Shown here piece after piece: positions 21,001 through 30,630 of a stretch of DNA of 64,000 nt. Made by a program: the position numbers and the translations under genes. Origin of the DNA: Pelagomonas calceolata (Eukaryota). The notes beneath the pieces were generated by a model. The model worked only from the letters and a program-made list of their open reading frames with translations. It had not been told where the DNA came from and made no database searches. Numbering within the stretch: position 1 is the stretch's first letter; each line of letters begins with the position of its first letter. Where the stretch lies: contig CAKKNE010000003.1 of NCBI GenBank assembly GCA_918797485.1, positions 1,922,001 through 1,986,000 of the forward strand, in the 5' to 3' direction.

Positions 21001-24000
21001 ATCCACATAAGCTAGGTCGACGTGGGCATCATTATGAGCACGAACGACAACCGCGGGATAGAACCGCCGCCCGCCTTGAAATCGGGCCTCGACGCGGTCG
21101 CCCGTCTCGAGTTGCCTTTGCTCTTCTTCACTTTCAGCTAACTCCCCGGCCGGCGCTAACAGTACACACCTACCAGTCCGCAACCTCTTCACGTCGATGC
21201 CGCAGACTTCTCGCACGTGCCTCGCGTCGTCGAACAACGACGCGAGTAGATTTCCGGCCTTTTCCGTGAGCCCGTTCGACCGCAGATCCAGAGCTCTCAG
21301 AGTTGTTGTACTCCGAGCGAGCTGGACGCAAGCTTCGACCCCCGACAGGTCGGGGACCCAGGCCGCGTGCATGTAGTCGAGGTAGAGTTTCGACTGGCCG
21401 GAGCCACCTCGCTTGCGGGAGTGAAAAGTTTCCTGGTCGAAGCCCTCTCGTTTCGTCTCGCCGACACATAAACGATTCGAGGCCAGGTCGAGGATCTGTA
21501 AGGGTGAGTTTGCAAGCGCATCACATAAGATTGTAGCAGCAGGTCCATCCAGCAAATTCCCAGCAAGATCTAAGACACGTAAGCGTCTTCCTACGCTCTG
21601 GATGCCCGGCGCCAATTGGGAAGCGCCGGCTCGGGCGATGCCTCCATCCGAAATACGTAACGATTCGAGAGCTCGACCAGGCGGTAATAGCGCCACGAGC
21701 GTGGCCACATTTCTGTCCCCGACACATGCGTCCAGGTCGACAGACTGCGCCCCACCCAGCGTAGCCTCCGCTAAAGCTTGGCGGTAGGCATCGGAAGCCA
21801 AGTCGCCGAACATCTGGACGACCTGCTGCCACCAGCCGCGCTCAAATAACGCGCCCGGTCGTCCTGAGGGATGCGTCGCCAGCCTTGCAACTCGAGAAGC
21901 GCAATCGTTATCATGCTCGAATTCCTTGACGACGTGCTCCGCCGCGAGGAATTCTTGGAAGGTCAAATGAGCGAATCTATACCTGTCTCTACCTCTCTCG
22001 GTAAACCAGGAGATCAGCGGCAATCGGCCCCGTTGCGCCGCGTCCGAGATGGTACTCCACGCTTCTAGAGCCGCATCAGAGTCATCTAGGGTCTGAGCTG
22101 CCGTTTTGGCCAGCGTGTCGCCGAAGTCCCGCGTGCCGCGGCCCCGCTCGTGGCTATGCGCGACCCACGCGATCCGCCGGAACAGTCTTCTAGCTAACAA
22201 AGCATCCACACCATCTAAGCGCCCGAGCATCGCCGTTAATGCGATTTCATAGACCCTACCTCTCGTTAACGAGTCGTCGCCCATGCTTTCTACAGATTCT
22301 TCGAAGACCGTTAACGTGACCGAGAGTAACAGGGGGTTCCGCGCCATCCTCGATAATGATGAATTAATGCGTAACTTCTCGAGGAAACTCGCCAGATCCT
22401 CTTCGTTCAGCCTTTGCTTAGCTATTGCTTTAACTTGCTCGTGATCTAACTGCAGCACTCGGACGCGCCGGAACCGCTGGAACGTGCTTCCGCGTAGACA
22501 CTTCATGTCCCGCGACGTCACCACGAGAGGATGGGCCATGTAGAACTCGCCGATTTCCCTCTCGAGGCGATCGCCCAAAACGCCTCCTTCGTCGAAGCCG
22601 TCTAGCAACAGTAACAGTCGCTTCTGCGTACGCGCCGTCTCGTAGAAGCGCCACGTCGTCTCGCCCGAACTGCGACGGAGATAGGCCCACACTAATGGCT
22701 CCGTGGCATCCGGTAGGTCTGATGCTAACAACCTCACGACGTCGCAGACCCGCACTAGCACGGGTACCAAGTAGGTTACTTCCTTACGAAGGGTCCAGGT
22801 CAACAGCTGCTTCGCGAAGGTCGTCTTGCCGCCCGCGGGATCGCCGATAACCAGTAACGGTTCAGCTGCTAGCTTCACTCGAGGCACATCTCTGAGAGTT
22901 TTGGCGTTCTCCTCGATGGGTTTCACGTCGTACGTGCCATCGCCATTCACTCTCACGACGTCGCAGGCTCTATCTCTGACACCATCGTGCACGAAGACTC
23001 TCGACCTAAGTGATACCTTTTCGGCGAAGGCCGACAGCGCATCTTCGAAGGCCGCGTCGTCCGCCAACCTCCGATCGCGCGCCTCCACGTGCAACCCCAC
23101 GCATTGGCGCATCACGTCCAATTCCTGGCCCGTTATTGGATTGACGATCATGCCGTGCGCCGCCAGAGCTAGCGAGGAGTAGCGTACACGCTCGTCCTCG
23201 AGGAAGCTGGGCTTGTCCCAGGGCTTCTCTAGTACCGACAGAGCATCTTTTGGCACTGGCACGAACTTCTTCTTTTGGAGGGCCTTGGCGAGGCCGTTGA
23301 CGAGGCGTTGCGCTATTGTTACAAGAGTCTTGCGCTCCCTATCTGTGCTACCAGCGGGTGGCTCCGACACATATGATAAAGCGGCCACGGCCAGCTCCCC
23401 CAGGATCAGCCAGGGCTGCACGTTCTCAAACCGCTCCGAGCCTCTTCGTACAACCATCACTAGGATCTCATCAGCGTGCGCCGCGGCTCTCCTGACCGAA
23501 GGCGTCTTTATTGTTTTGAGAGCCTCCGCGTCGACGACGGGCGTGTCGTAGCCTTGTCTACAGACCGAAGAGACGAGTGCCTCGGCTACTATCAACAAAT
23601 CTCGTGCTGCCGCGTCCGCTTCGCCTTCAGAAGACGCTACGTGCTGCCCCTGCATGAGCTGCTTTCTCAGATTTTGGGCCTCCTCGTCGGAGCCGACGCG
23701 CTTCGATAGAGCAGAAGCATCGAGCGCCAGCGCATCTCTCGCGGTGAGAGGCAAAGCGCAGTGCTCCAGCAACAACGACAGGGCGTAGTGGACGGGCTCC
23801 GCGAACACCGAAGAACCCGGCTTTGACAGCAACACGGGCCAGTGCGCGCCTCCATCAACGTCGACGAGGCACCTCATCAGATCGAGCGACGGGTCGGGCT
23901 GCGGGTACCAGGCGTCGTTCTCGACCTTCACACTTCGTAGTGCTTGTATCGTGCGCTTGACCTCGTCATTGTCGTAGTTTTCCAGAGTTGCTGCAAGTTG

Positions 24001-24447
24001 CTTGCGAGCACCCTTCTCGACCACGCCTCGCCTCCGCAGCTGCCGCTCGAAGTCGCCGCCCTCGCCTAGCACTTCGCCCATGGTCCGCGCAAACACGTCG
24101 TCGTTTTCCCGCCTAAATAACTCTATGGTGGAGGCGCACTCTCCACTACTACAAGCAGACGGCTTTAGGATCACACAGCCATTTTTTTCACTGGCGTCCG
24201 ACGCGTTGCCCAGGGACCCGGCCTCCTTGTGCGCCACCGCATATAAGCGCGCGGCTCTCGCACCGCATCTCACGAAGCGTCGCAGATGTGTCAATTCTCC
24301 GTTGTCGTCGTAGGCCGCGGCGACGTAGCATTCCTCCTCTTTGCTTGCGACGGCGAGCTGCGCGCCGCACCTCTTAACATTTTCGTCCTTGTAGAGGGCG
24401 CGGAGCGCGGGCTGCACGTAGCTCGGGGTCGTGCTGTCTAGCTCCAT
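18034..24447 (-). CDS. NLR-like NACHT NTPase with RI-type leucine-rich repeats
   Basis: Walker A GDPAGGKTT, Walker B LLLLDGFDE, VTSR, NPLLL, FAHLTFQEFLAA. LRRs such as LRVLDLAGN, LRALDLRSN, LNLERNDIGDVG. Start chosen at MELDST. Confidence 0.9.
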   Translation of the reverse strand: MELDSTTPSYVQPALRALYKDENVKRCGAQLAVASKEEECYVAAAYDDNGELTHLRRFVRCGARAARLYAVAHKEAGSLGNASDASEKNGCVILKPSACSSGECASTIELFRRENDDVFARTMGEVLGEGGDFERQLRRRGVVEKGARKQLAATLENYDNDEVKRTIQALRSVKVENDAWYPQPDPSLDLMRCLVDVDGGAHWPVLLSKPGSSVFAEPVHYALSLLLEHCALPLTARDALALDASALSKRVGSDEEAQNLRKQLMQGQHVASSEGEADAAARDLLIVAEALVSSVCRQGYDTPVVDAEALKTIKTPSVRRAAAHADEILVMVVRRGSERFENVQPWLILGELAVAALSYVSEPPAGSTDRERKTLVTIAQRLVNGLAKALQKKKFVPVPKDALSVLEKPWDKPSFLEDERVRYSSLALAAHGMIVNPITGQELDVMRQCVGLHVEARDRRLADDAAFEDALSAFAEKVSLRSRVFVHDGVRDRACDVVRVNGDGTYDVKPIEENAKTLRDVPRVKLAAEPLLVIGDPAGGKTTFAKQLLTWTLRKEVTYLVPVLVRVCDVVRLLASDLPDATEPLVWAYLRRSSGETTWRFYETARTQKRLLLLLDGFDEGGVLGDRLEREIGEFYMAHPLVVTSRDMKCLRGSTFQRFRRVRVLQLDHEQVKAIAKQRLNEEDLASFLEKLRINSSLSRMARNPLLLSVTLTVFEESVESMGDDSLTRGRVYEIALTAMLGRLDGVDALLARRLFRRIAWVAHSHERGRGTRDFGDTLAKTAAQTLDDSDAALEAWSTISDAAQRGRLPLISWFTERGRDRYRFAHLTFQEFLAAEHVVKEFEHDNDCASRVARLATHPSGRPGALFERGWWQQVVQMFGDLASDAYRQALAEATLGGAQSVDLDACVGDRNVATLVALLPPGRALESLRISDGGIARAGASQLAPGIQSVGRRLRVLDLAGNLLDGPAATILCDALANSPLQILDLASNRLCVGETKREGFDQETFHSRKRGGSGQSKLYLDYMHAAWVPDLSGVEACVQLARSTTTLRALDLRSNGLTEKAGNLLASLFDDARHVREVCGIDVKRLRTGRCVLLAPAGELAESEEEQRQLETGDRVEARFQGGRRFYPAVVVRAHNDAHVDLAYVDLQDRVVRREDRVPRRMVRPATTGPPRRLEAGGCVVLAAALERAGPAAKGALKELRLARQALAFDLDSWDAPSCLDSKSHSTGINPNPVKRLIAALASFPRVEVVDCRDSMDPGAHVGEALAAAAVERNWVTLGLGAALLDVAAIRSQEESLRVRGALRDGGVGAVARLAENVTSLRVSTAGVSSAGLERLVAKAKHTTLATINGLDVARFRAEGPTLLTLDFSDASLDRATARMVLRLLEGCVSLETLNFNGSDLMPCAHPHPMTPEVFGSGHLCNACASHHGLAVDLNLACRVCDHDTCGAAWRSRDVVDDLADALSKLGTHLKHLSLKNCCFGMMDGPIAVKPFEHLGQVLGDDMLTLESIDLSENEWSAPRLTRWCAESLMDDAADDPPANDDDEGDAADARWHRRARQWARAVDAEASSSDADDANDDAVDRAYSRQRIPLAAGFPAIARGLAKAPSLQRCSVDGPWALDLAALRASSGTTIEAEACFVGPDTTDYRAIHVGSQNATDPRTAAIYPLARLANVRLFSEAFKQLAQRSEYPRHLICRLHALPPLCHEAGQQCLLDLFDALDVLEVGSLDLELKALRDGATSTLDVSVERLEKRWPALEGEAEGVTAARRERSALEGSKCCGRLVAAAITTAARIVEVDCRGVALGEAASDVAAAARRHLSLRKLNGVSTDAPPTPHLSFARRRIGDAGALALGRDLERSRHALESLDLRDCSLGPAGIAAILHGLSRRRSGDPPRRDVNPRVLNLERNDIGDVGMHALARHLRDDARLETLQLRGCHLPRSTTRAMSEFGLAFEANVGLVTLDLRGARTPAQLARGLRRTVEKRPTVAPQPEVWTTLLLCLNRNGLRCDEDALNVVFGFARRRRQLLLNDEAEALADLFPLRSAEARSLVDRLDAGEFDHDDDEDLAEINTLLSRLDERDQRSVTRAYWVLRAREHPPEDFDAFANEGPPDDSEDSSSSDDEEDDGMDVTAGGED

Positions 24448-24593
24448 TTTCCAGTCTGCCAGTCTAGGCAATCTTGGGAGCCGAGCGCGAGCAGCGACAG
24501 GAGTGCACCGCAGCGCTGGCGTCGCGCGGAGCACTCGTTCAACGCGCGCAGCACAGCGGTGTCGTGCACACGCTTTTTTTGGCGCCTCGCGCT

Positions 24594-24617
24594 GCTAGCG
24601 GCCTGGTAAGACACTAG
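24594..24617 (+). promoter_or_regulatory. CTAG bipartite intergenic motif
   Basis: GCTAGCGGCCTGGTAAGACACTAG between divergent NLR and channel genes. Confidence 0.7.
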
Positions 24618-25041
24618 CAAGAAGTTGCCCACGGGTTTTTGCCCGTGGAAAACCGAGCCACCAATCCAAGCACTCGTCAACGCCGCCCCCGTACCCCTCG
24701 CGTGGCGCGTCGCGAGCCGCGGCGGACTGCACACTGTTTTGAGGCGCCCTGGCACCGCCGCTGGAACCGCGACGGCGGTAACGGCGCGCGCACGTACGGA
24801 GCGGGCGCAGTTGCGCATAGATCCGAGAAACGGCTCCCGTCCTCGGCACGCCCCACGCACGTATTCAGCTGCCCCCAGCGCAACAGCCTAGGCGGCGAGG
24901 GGCTGCCTCACCCTCCGCGACCCCGCGCAAGACGCGGAGCACGCGTACGGAGCTCGCCTCTCGCTCCCTAAACACGGCACGTCGTCCTTCGCCTCTCACA
25001 AATCACAAGTCGGTCGAAACGCCCGCGCCGCGTAGGACGGC

Positions 25042-27639
25042 ATGAGCAGCCCAAGGAGGCCCCAACTCAAGAACTCGAAGGACATCAAGGAGCCGCCCGC
25101 GGAACGGTTTCTAAGGGCGCTGTCCGGCGACCTCAGTGAGTCGCCCGCAGTATCGCCGGATTCGAAGGGCCCCACTCCGCAAGGCTCCAACCCAGCACGA
25201 TGGGATAGAAGGAGTTATGGCGAGAACGCGACGTCATCATCGCGACGGAGCGCTGGTTCTCGCACACCTTCTTCTGGCCGCCTCTCGACGGCATCGTCGC
25301 GACGACCATCGATGGCCCGACTCGAGAGGCAAAAAAGTATCCATACGCTAGTCCAAGAACAGCTCGAGGAGGAGGACGAGAACGAAGACGACGAGGACCC
25401 GGACCCGGCCAGTTGGGGCCACCAGATCCAGGGCTTTACGGAGGACTATCACCACAGGATCGTGATGCATCCCTCGGCGCCGTGGCGGGTCAACTGGGAC
25501 ATTTTCATGCTAGGGATGATCGTCTATGTCATGTTGGTGGCGCCCTTTGAATTGACATTTATCAGCGAGAGGATGTACAAGAACAATTCGAACATCACGC
25601 TGTTCGTGATCAATAGATTTGTTGATTTCCTATTCGTCGTGGACTTTGTCATGCAGTTCCTGACGGCTTATGTGGATGAGAAGGGCCAGTGGGTCAAGCA
25701 TTTGTTATTTGATGACCAGGGCGTCTGGAAGAAGTCTATCACGTGCAACTACTTGACGTCATGGTTCTTTATCGATCTGATCAGTATCTTCCCCTGGTGG
25801 TGTCTGGATGTGCGGCAGGGTGGGTTTTTGAGATTGGTGAGGTTAGCACGATTGTTTAAGCTTTTGAGAGTGGTCAAGTCGCCTAGAATAGTAGCGAGGG
25901 TGATGAAGCACCTGTCGATCTCGACGCGATCTCAAACCGTGTGCACCTACATAGCTTTGTTATTATTCACGATCCATCTCTCAGCATGTGGATTGAGACT
26001 CATCACGGGCATGGCCATGGAGAACCGCCAAGCAGACAATTGCTACAAAGAAGAAGATTCACCGAACGTCGACGGCGTCGACGGCTTCGGCCCCGACGAG
26101 GACTGCCCGAACACCTACCTCACGCACCAGAACACGTGGCGCGACGGCGTCTGGGCCCAGTACACGAGCGCGGTGGTCTGGTCCTTCACGGCGATGAACG
26201 GAGAAGCTGTTTTTGTCAATCACGCCGAGGGCGTGCTGGGCTTCGTCATGATGTTGGTGGGGTGCATCATGATCGCTTTTTTGCTCGGGGATTTAGCTAA
26301 TGTCATGAGCAACATGGACCCCGTGAAGAACATGCACAAGCAAACTCTAGACTCATTAAATGACTACATGCATGCCGCTGGGTATAGTAGGGAGACTCGC
26401 ATCCAATTGAGGGAATATGTGATGCTGAGCGAACCTATATTTAGATACAACTACTACAACCAGCTCCTAGATCGATTGAGTCCCTCTTTGCAAGCCTTGG
26501 TGGCCAAAAAGGACTATGGTAAGATCATTGATAAGATCCCGTTTTTCGCCTATGCCTGCCACAAGTTCTACGACATCAACCCCGGCGACATTGTCAGGGC
26601 ACGAGCGAAGCGCATCAAAGGCAAGACGGGCTTCGAGTGGTCCGATCGGAGGGCTGTCGTCGTGGCCGTTACTCCTGAATTGAAGTTTGACTTGAAGTAT
26701 ATTGACTTGCCCGGTGAGCCGGTGGAACGGGATGTGAAGTTCTCGCGGTTGCAGCTAGATGAGTACTTATTGGGTGAGGGGCCTTATCAAATTAGCATCA
26801 GTGAAAGAGTACAAAGGCTACCCTTCCAGAAGAACTTGATCATGTTCAAGATCGCTAGAAGTTTGAGGATGCAGCTGCGCATGGACGGCGAAGCTGTTGT
26901 GTTCTCCAATGTCTCTATAAATGACGTGCTCTATGCCGTCAAAAGTGGTTCAGTACTGCTATTCGGCCATGACCCCTTCAAGCCCTACAAACTCAAACGA
27001 GTAGGAGAAAAAGGCTTTTTTGGCGACGACATTGCCATGCTCATCTCCAGTGTGTCAGATAAACCCAACAAGTTCGTCACGCGAAAATACAGCGCCCATT
27101 GTACTCGTATTACACATGTCTACACGTTGCAAGCGCTGGACTTTCATAGCATCCTCATCGACAAGGACCAGTTTCCTACGTTTAGGAAGTATGTGGCGCG
27201 ATATGGCATCTGGACTAGACTACGGTACGAGATCCTGGACGTGGTCAAACGAAAGCGGGAAGACGACCGGAGGCGAGCAGGGGCGTACACCGCGGTACCT
27301 GGCGCCCACCACCAGAAGTTCTTCGACGCGGCGAACGTGACACGAAGCCCGAAGAAGGGCATGGACCTCTTCAAGACCGTGCAAGAAGGGGCTCGGGGCT
27401 TCCAATCGACGGTCGAAAAAACGGTCAAGCAGACGGTCGAGGGCGCGCGCGGCGTCGTGCGTTCGGTGGATCGGTCGGCGTCCGCGCCTTCCGTCACAGC
27501 TTCTGAAAGGCGCATCACGACGTCGCCGCCGCCGCCGCCGCCGCCGACGCCCGAGGAGACGTCGATCACGGGCCGGTCGTCGCCTTCTTCCATTCAAAGC
27601 GAGGACGACGGCTTCGCCGACCGCGGCGACAACGCCTAA
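25042..27639 (+). CDS. 6TM cyclic-nucleotide-binding-domain (EAG/HCN/CNG-like) ion channel
   Basis: WRVNWD S1, WFFIDLISIFP S3, S4 LRLVRLARLFKLLR, C-linker (LNDYM...QLREY), CNBD-like FFGD. Confidence 0.88.
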   Translation: MSSPRRPQLKNSKDIKEPPAERFLRALSGDLSESPAVSPDSKGPTPQGSNPARWDRRSYGENATSSSRRSAGSRTPSSGRLSTASSRRPSMARLERQKSIHTLVQEQLEEEDENEDDEDPDPASWGHQIQGFTEDYHHRIVMHPSAPWRVNWDIFMLGMIVYVMLVAPFELTFISERMYKNNSNITLFVINRFVDFLFVVDFVMQFLTAYVDEKGQWVKHLLFDDQGVWKKSITCNYLTSWFFIDLISIFPWWCLDVRQGGFLRLVRLARLFKLLRVVKSPRIVARVMKHLSISTRSQTVCTYIALLLFTIHLSACGLRLITGMAMENRQADNCYKEEDSPNVDGVDGFGPDEDCPNTYLTHQNTWRDGVWAQYTSAVVWSFTAMNGEAVFVNHAEGVLGFVMMLVGCIMIAFLLGDLANVMSNMDPVKNMHKQTLDSLNDYMHAAGYSRETRIQLREYVMLSEPIFRYNYYNQLLDRLSPSLQALVAKKDYGKIIDKIPFFAYACHKFYDINPGDIVRARAKRIKGKTGFEWSDRRAVVVAVTPELKFDLKYIDLPGEPVERDVKFSRLQLDEYLLGEGPYQISISERVQRLPFQKNLIMFKIARSLRMQLRMDGEAVVFSNVSINDVLYAVKSGSVLLFGHDPFKPYKLKRVGEKGFFGDDIAMLISSVSDKPNKFVTRKYSAHCTRITHVYTLQALDFHSILIDKDQFPTFRKYVARYGIWTRLRYEILDVVKRKREDDRRRAGAYTAVPGAHHQKFFDAANVTRSPKKGMDLFKTVQEGARGFQSTVEKTVKQTVEGARGVVRSVDRSASAPSVTASERRITTSPPPPPPPTPEETSITGRSSPSSIQSEDDGFADRGDNA

Positions 27640-27865
27640 CTAATTCATTTTTGAGACACACATTACAAGCTCGTGGTCCCACTCCTGCGCCGGCCCCGGC
27701 GCCGGCCCCGGCGCCCGCCGCGCCGACGGGCAAGGTCTCCGCGAAGGACACGCAGGTCGGCCTCTCCTCGGGGCTCGTGAACACGGCCGCCGGCGCCACT
27801 TCCGGCGACGACGTCGCGGGGGCGCTCCGGGCGGCGCGCCGCTCGAAGTGAGCGGTGCGCGGGGA

Positions 27866-30319
27866 CTAAGTGCTAATTGCGACAGCCTCATCATCGACAT
27901 AGTCGTCATCATACAAATACGAGTAGCTACTCGCGTTGCTAGGTGGCACAGTTGCGACATCACCATCATCATCATAGTCGTCATCATACAAATACGAGTA
28001 TGAGTATGAGTAGCTGTTTTTGTGGGAAAAATCCAGGAAAACAAACTCCGGCGCCGTAGATGTCCCCGTGTTTTCGATGTAGATGAGCTTGCCACTTTCT
28101 TTGCCCACCACGAGGTCCAGATCGCCTGCGAGAGACACGAAGGGTGCGGTGACAAATTTCTATCGATCGACGGACGCGGTTTGCGCGTGCCGTCGCCGTC
28201 GATGTCTCCGAGCGCGGGCTTGCTGTTATCGCCGCCGACGTCGATGCCGTGCAAGGGGTTCGCACTTCCGGTCCGTTGCACGAATTTGGGCGCCGTAGAC
28301 GTCCCGGTGTTCTCGATGTAGATGAGCGAGCCATACGAGTCGCCCACGACAAGGTCCAGATCGCCTGCGGGAGCCACAAAATTGTGCAGTCGCAGCTTAT
28401 CGGTCGATGGACGCGGGTTGCGTGTGCCGTCGCCGTCGAGATCTCCGAGCGCGGGGGCGCTGGCATCGCCGACGTCGATGCCGTCCAAGGGGTTCGCGCT
28501 TCCGGTCCTCGCCACGAAAACCGGCGCCGTAGTCGTCCCGGTGTTCTCGACGTAGTTGAGGTCGCCATCGGACGCTCCCCCTTCGCCCACTACGAGGTCC
28601 AGGTCGCCTGCGCGAGACACAAAACATGCGGTCGCAGTTTATCGATCGACGGACACGGTCTGCGCGTACCGTCGCCGTCCAGGTCTCCGAGCGCGGGGGC
28701 GCTGGAATCGCCGACGTCGATGCCGTCCAAGGGGTTCGCGCTTCCGGTCCGTTGCACGAACACCGGCACCGTTGACGTCCCGGTGTTCTCAATGTAGGTG
28801 AGCTTGCCACCTTCTTCGCCCACGACGAGGTCCAGGTCGCCTGCGGTAGACACAAAGCGTGCGGTTGCAGTTTATCGATCGACGGACGCGGTCGGAGCGT
28901 GCCGTCGTTGTCGAAATCTGCGAGCGCGGGGCGGCTGATATCGCCGACGTCGATGCCGGCGAAGGGATTCTTGCTTCCGGTCCTCTGCACGAAAACCGGC
29001 GCCGTAGACGTCCCGGTGTTCTCGATGTAGATGAGCAGGCCATTTATATTGCCAACTACGAGGTCCAGGTCACCTGCGGTAGACACAAAACGTGCGGTTG
29101 CAGTTTATCGATCGACGGACACGGTCTGAGCGTGCCGTCGTTGTCGATATCGGAGAACGCGGGGGCGCTGAATTGGCCGACGTCGATGCCGGCGAAGGGA
29201 TTCGCGCTTCCGATCCTTTGCACGAACACCGGCGCCGTAGACGTCCCGGTGTTCTCGATGTAGGTGAGCCAGGTATTCCATTCGCCCTCTACGTAGGTAG
29301 TCTCTCCCACTACGATGTCCAGGTCGCCTGCGCGAGAAACGTAAAGTGTGGTCGCAGTCTCTCGATCGACGGACGCAGTCTGAGCGTGCCGTCGCCGTCG
29401 ATGTCTCCGAGCGCGGGGGAGCTCCATTCGCTGACGTCGATGCCATCGAAGGGGTTCGCGCTTCCGGTCCTTGCCACAAACACCGGCGCCGTAGACGTCC
29501 CGGTGTTCTCCATGTAGGTGAGGGTGAGCTCGCCGTATCGTTCGCCCACCACGAGGTCCAGGTCGCCTGCGAGCGACACAAAACGTGAGATCGCAGTTTA
29601 TCGATTCATGGACACCGTCTGAGCGTGCCGTCACCGTCGAGGTCTCCGAGCGCTGGCCTGCTGAAAGAGCCAGCGTCGATGCCGTCGAAGGGCCCATTCG
29701 CCGTCACCGCCAGGAATCTGTGCGTGTTGCCCCAGCAGGCGGATGAAGTCTGAAGCCGGCAGTACGGCATCGCATCTACTGTCGGCGCGTACTCGTAGGG
29801 CAATGGCGTGGGCGTTGGCGCAAAGGTCATTGACGGAGCGGCAGTTGTTGGCGCTCCGGTTGGCGACTGCGTTGACGGCTCCGGCGTAGAGGGTGCTGCG
29901 GACGGCGCCGGCGTGATGGTCGGCGCGAACGTGCCACCAGCAAGACCACCACCGCACGCGCAACACTGCTCGCTCGCCGTGAAGTCCGTGTCGTCGTAGT
30001 CGCCGCAACCATCGGGGTTGTCGTCATACCAATCCGTGCACGTATCGCCGTACTCGTCTTCGGTCGAATCGTCGTTCCCGCAGTCGTCGAGCCGCCGCCG
30101 CGTCATCCCCGGGACATCGGCCCGAGGCCCTTTACTACTGAAGCGAGCAGCGCCTCGCGCCGCCGCCGCGCTGACCAAGCCCTCTGAGACTAGCAGATTG
30201 CCAACGACTGGCGTGTGCCAGGACGAGAACCCCACCGAGATGCCGCGCGCAGGGACTGCCGAAGTGAGAAGCAGCGCGCCGACGAGGCAGCATCGCAAAA
30301 TGGCTGCCCTGTTGCTCAT
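27866..30319 (-). CDS. Secreted FG-GAP/VCBS beta-propeller protein, 8 exons (~671 aa)
   Basis: Signal peptide, Cys-rich CCACGGG module, Pro/Thr stalk, and seven GDxDxDG|DLDLVVG repeats. Introns: 29567-29628, 29328-29389, 29074-29135, 28841-28902, 28608-28669, 28365-28427, 28126-28190. Confidence 0.85.
28050..29700 (-). repeat. Tandem ~233-254 bp exon+intron repeat array (about 7 units)
   Basis: Recurring GTCCCGGTGTTCTC, GCTTCCGGTCC and TCGATCGACGGAC blocks on the + strand. Confidence 0.92.
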
Positions 30320-30630
30320 GGCAGCAGCACGTCTTAAAGCTGGGCTGCGACCGTCGTCGTGTGCGTGATGGGGAGTGAGTACTCCAACGCGTCGGTGCGC
30401 AGCGTTATTGGAATTTGTTGGGCAGCTCACGTTGCGGAGAGCAGCTAGCTCGCCGCTGCTCTCAAAAAAAAAAAACGGTTGAAGTTCAACGGCGCCAATG
30501 GCTCCCCGCGCGACACGCGATGTCTCTCCGCGCGGGACTCGGCCAAGTAGTCCTAGCACCGACGGGCATATTAAATCAGTCTCGATGCGACGCCGTCGGA
30601 GGTGACGTCGTGAGAGGCTACCGCACAGCA

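Noticed and set aside
28050..29700. CRISPR-like alternation of conserved and variable blocks
   Set aside because: Units are ~240 bp, translate as FG-GAP repeats and have splice signals. There are no cas genes and the context is eukaryotic.
27640..29700. Separate short FG-GAP ORFs or programmed frameshifting
   Set aside because: One spliced gene with seven equivalent introns explains all frame changes.
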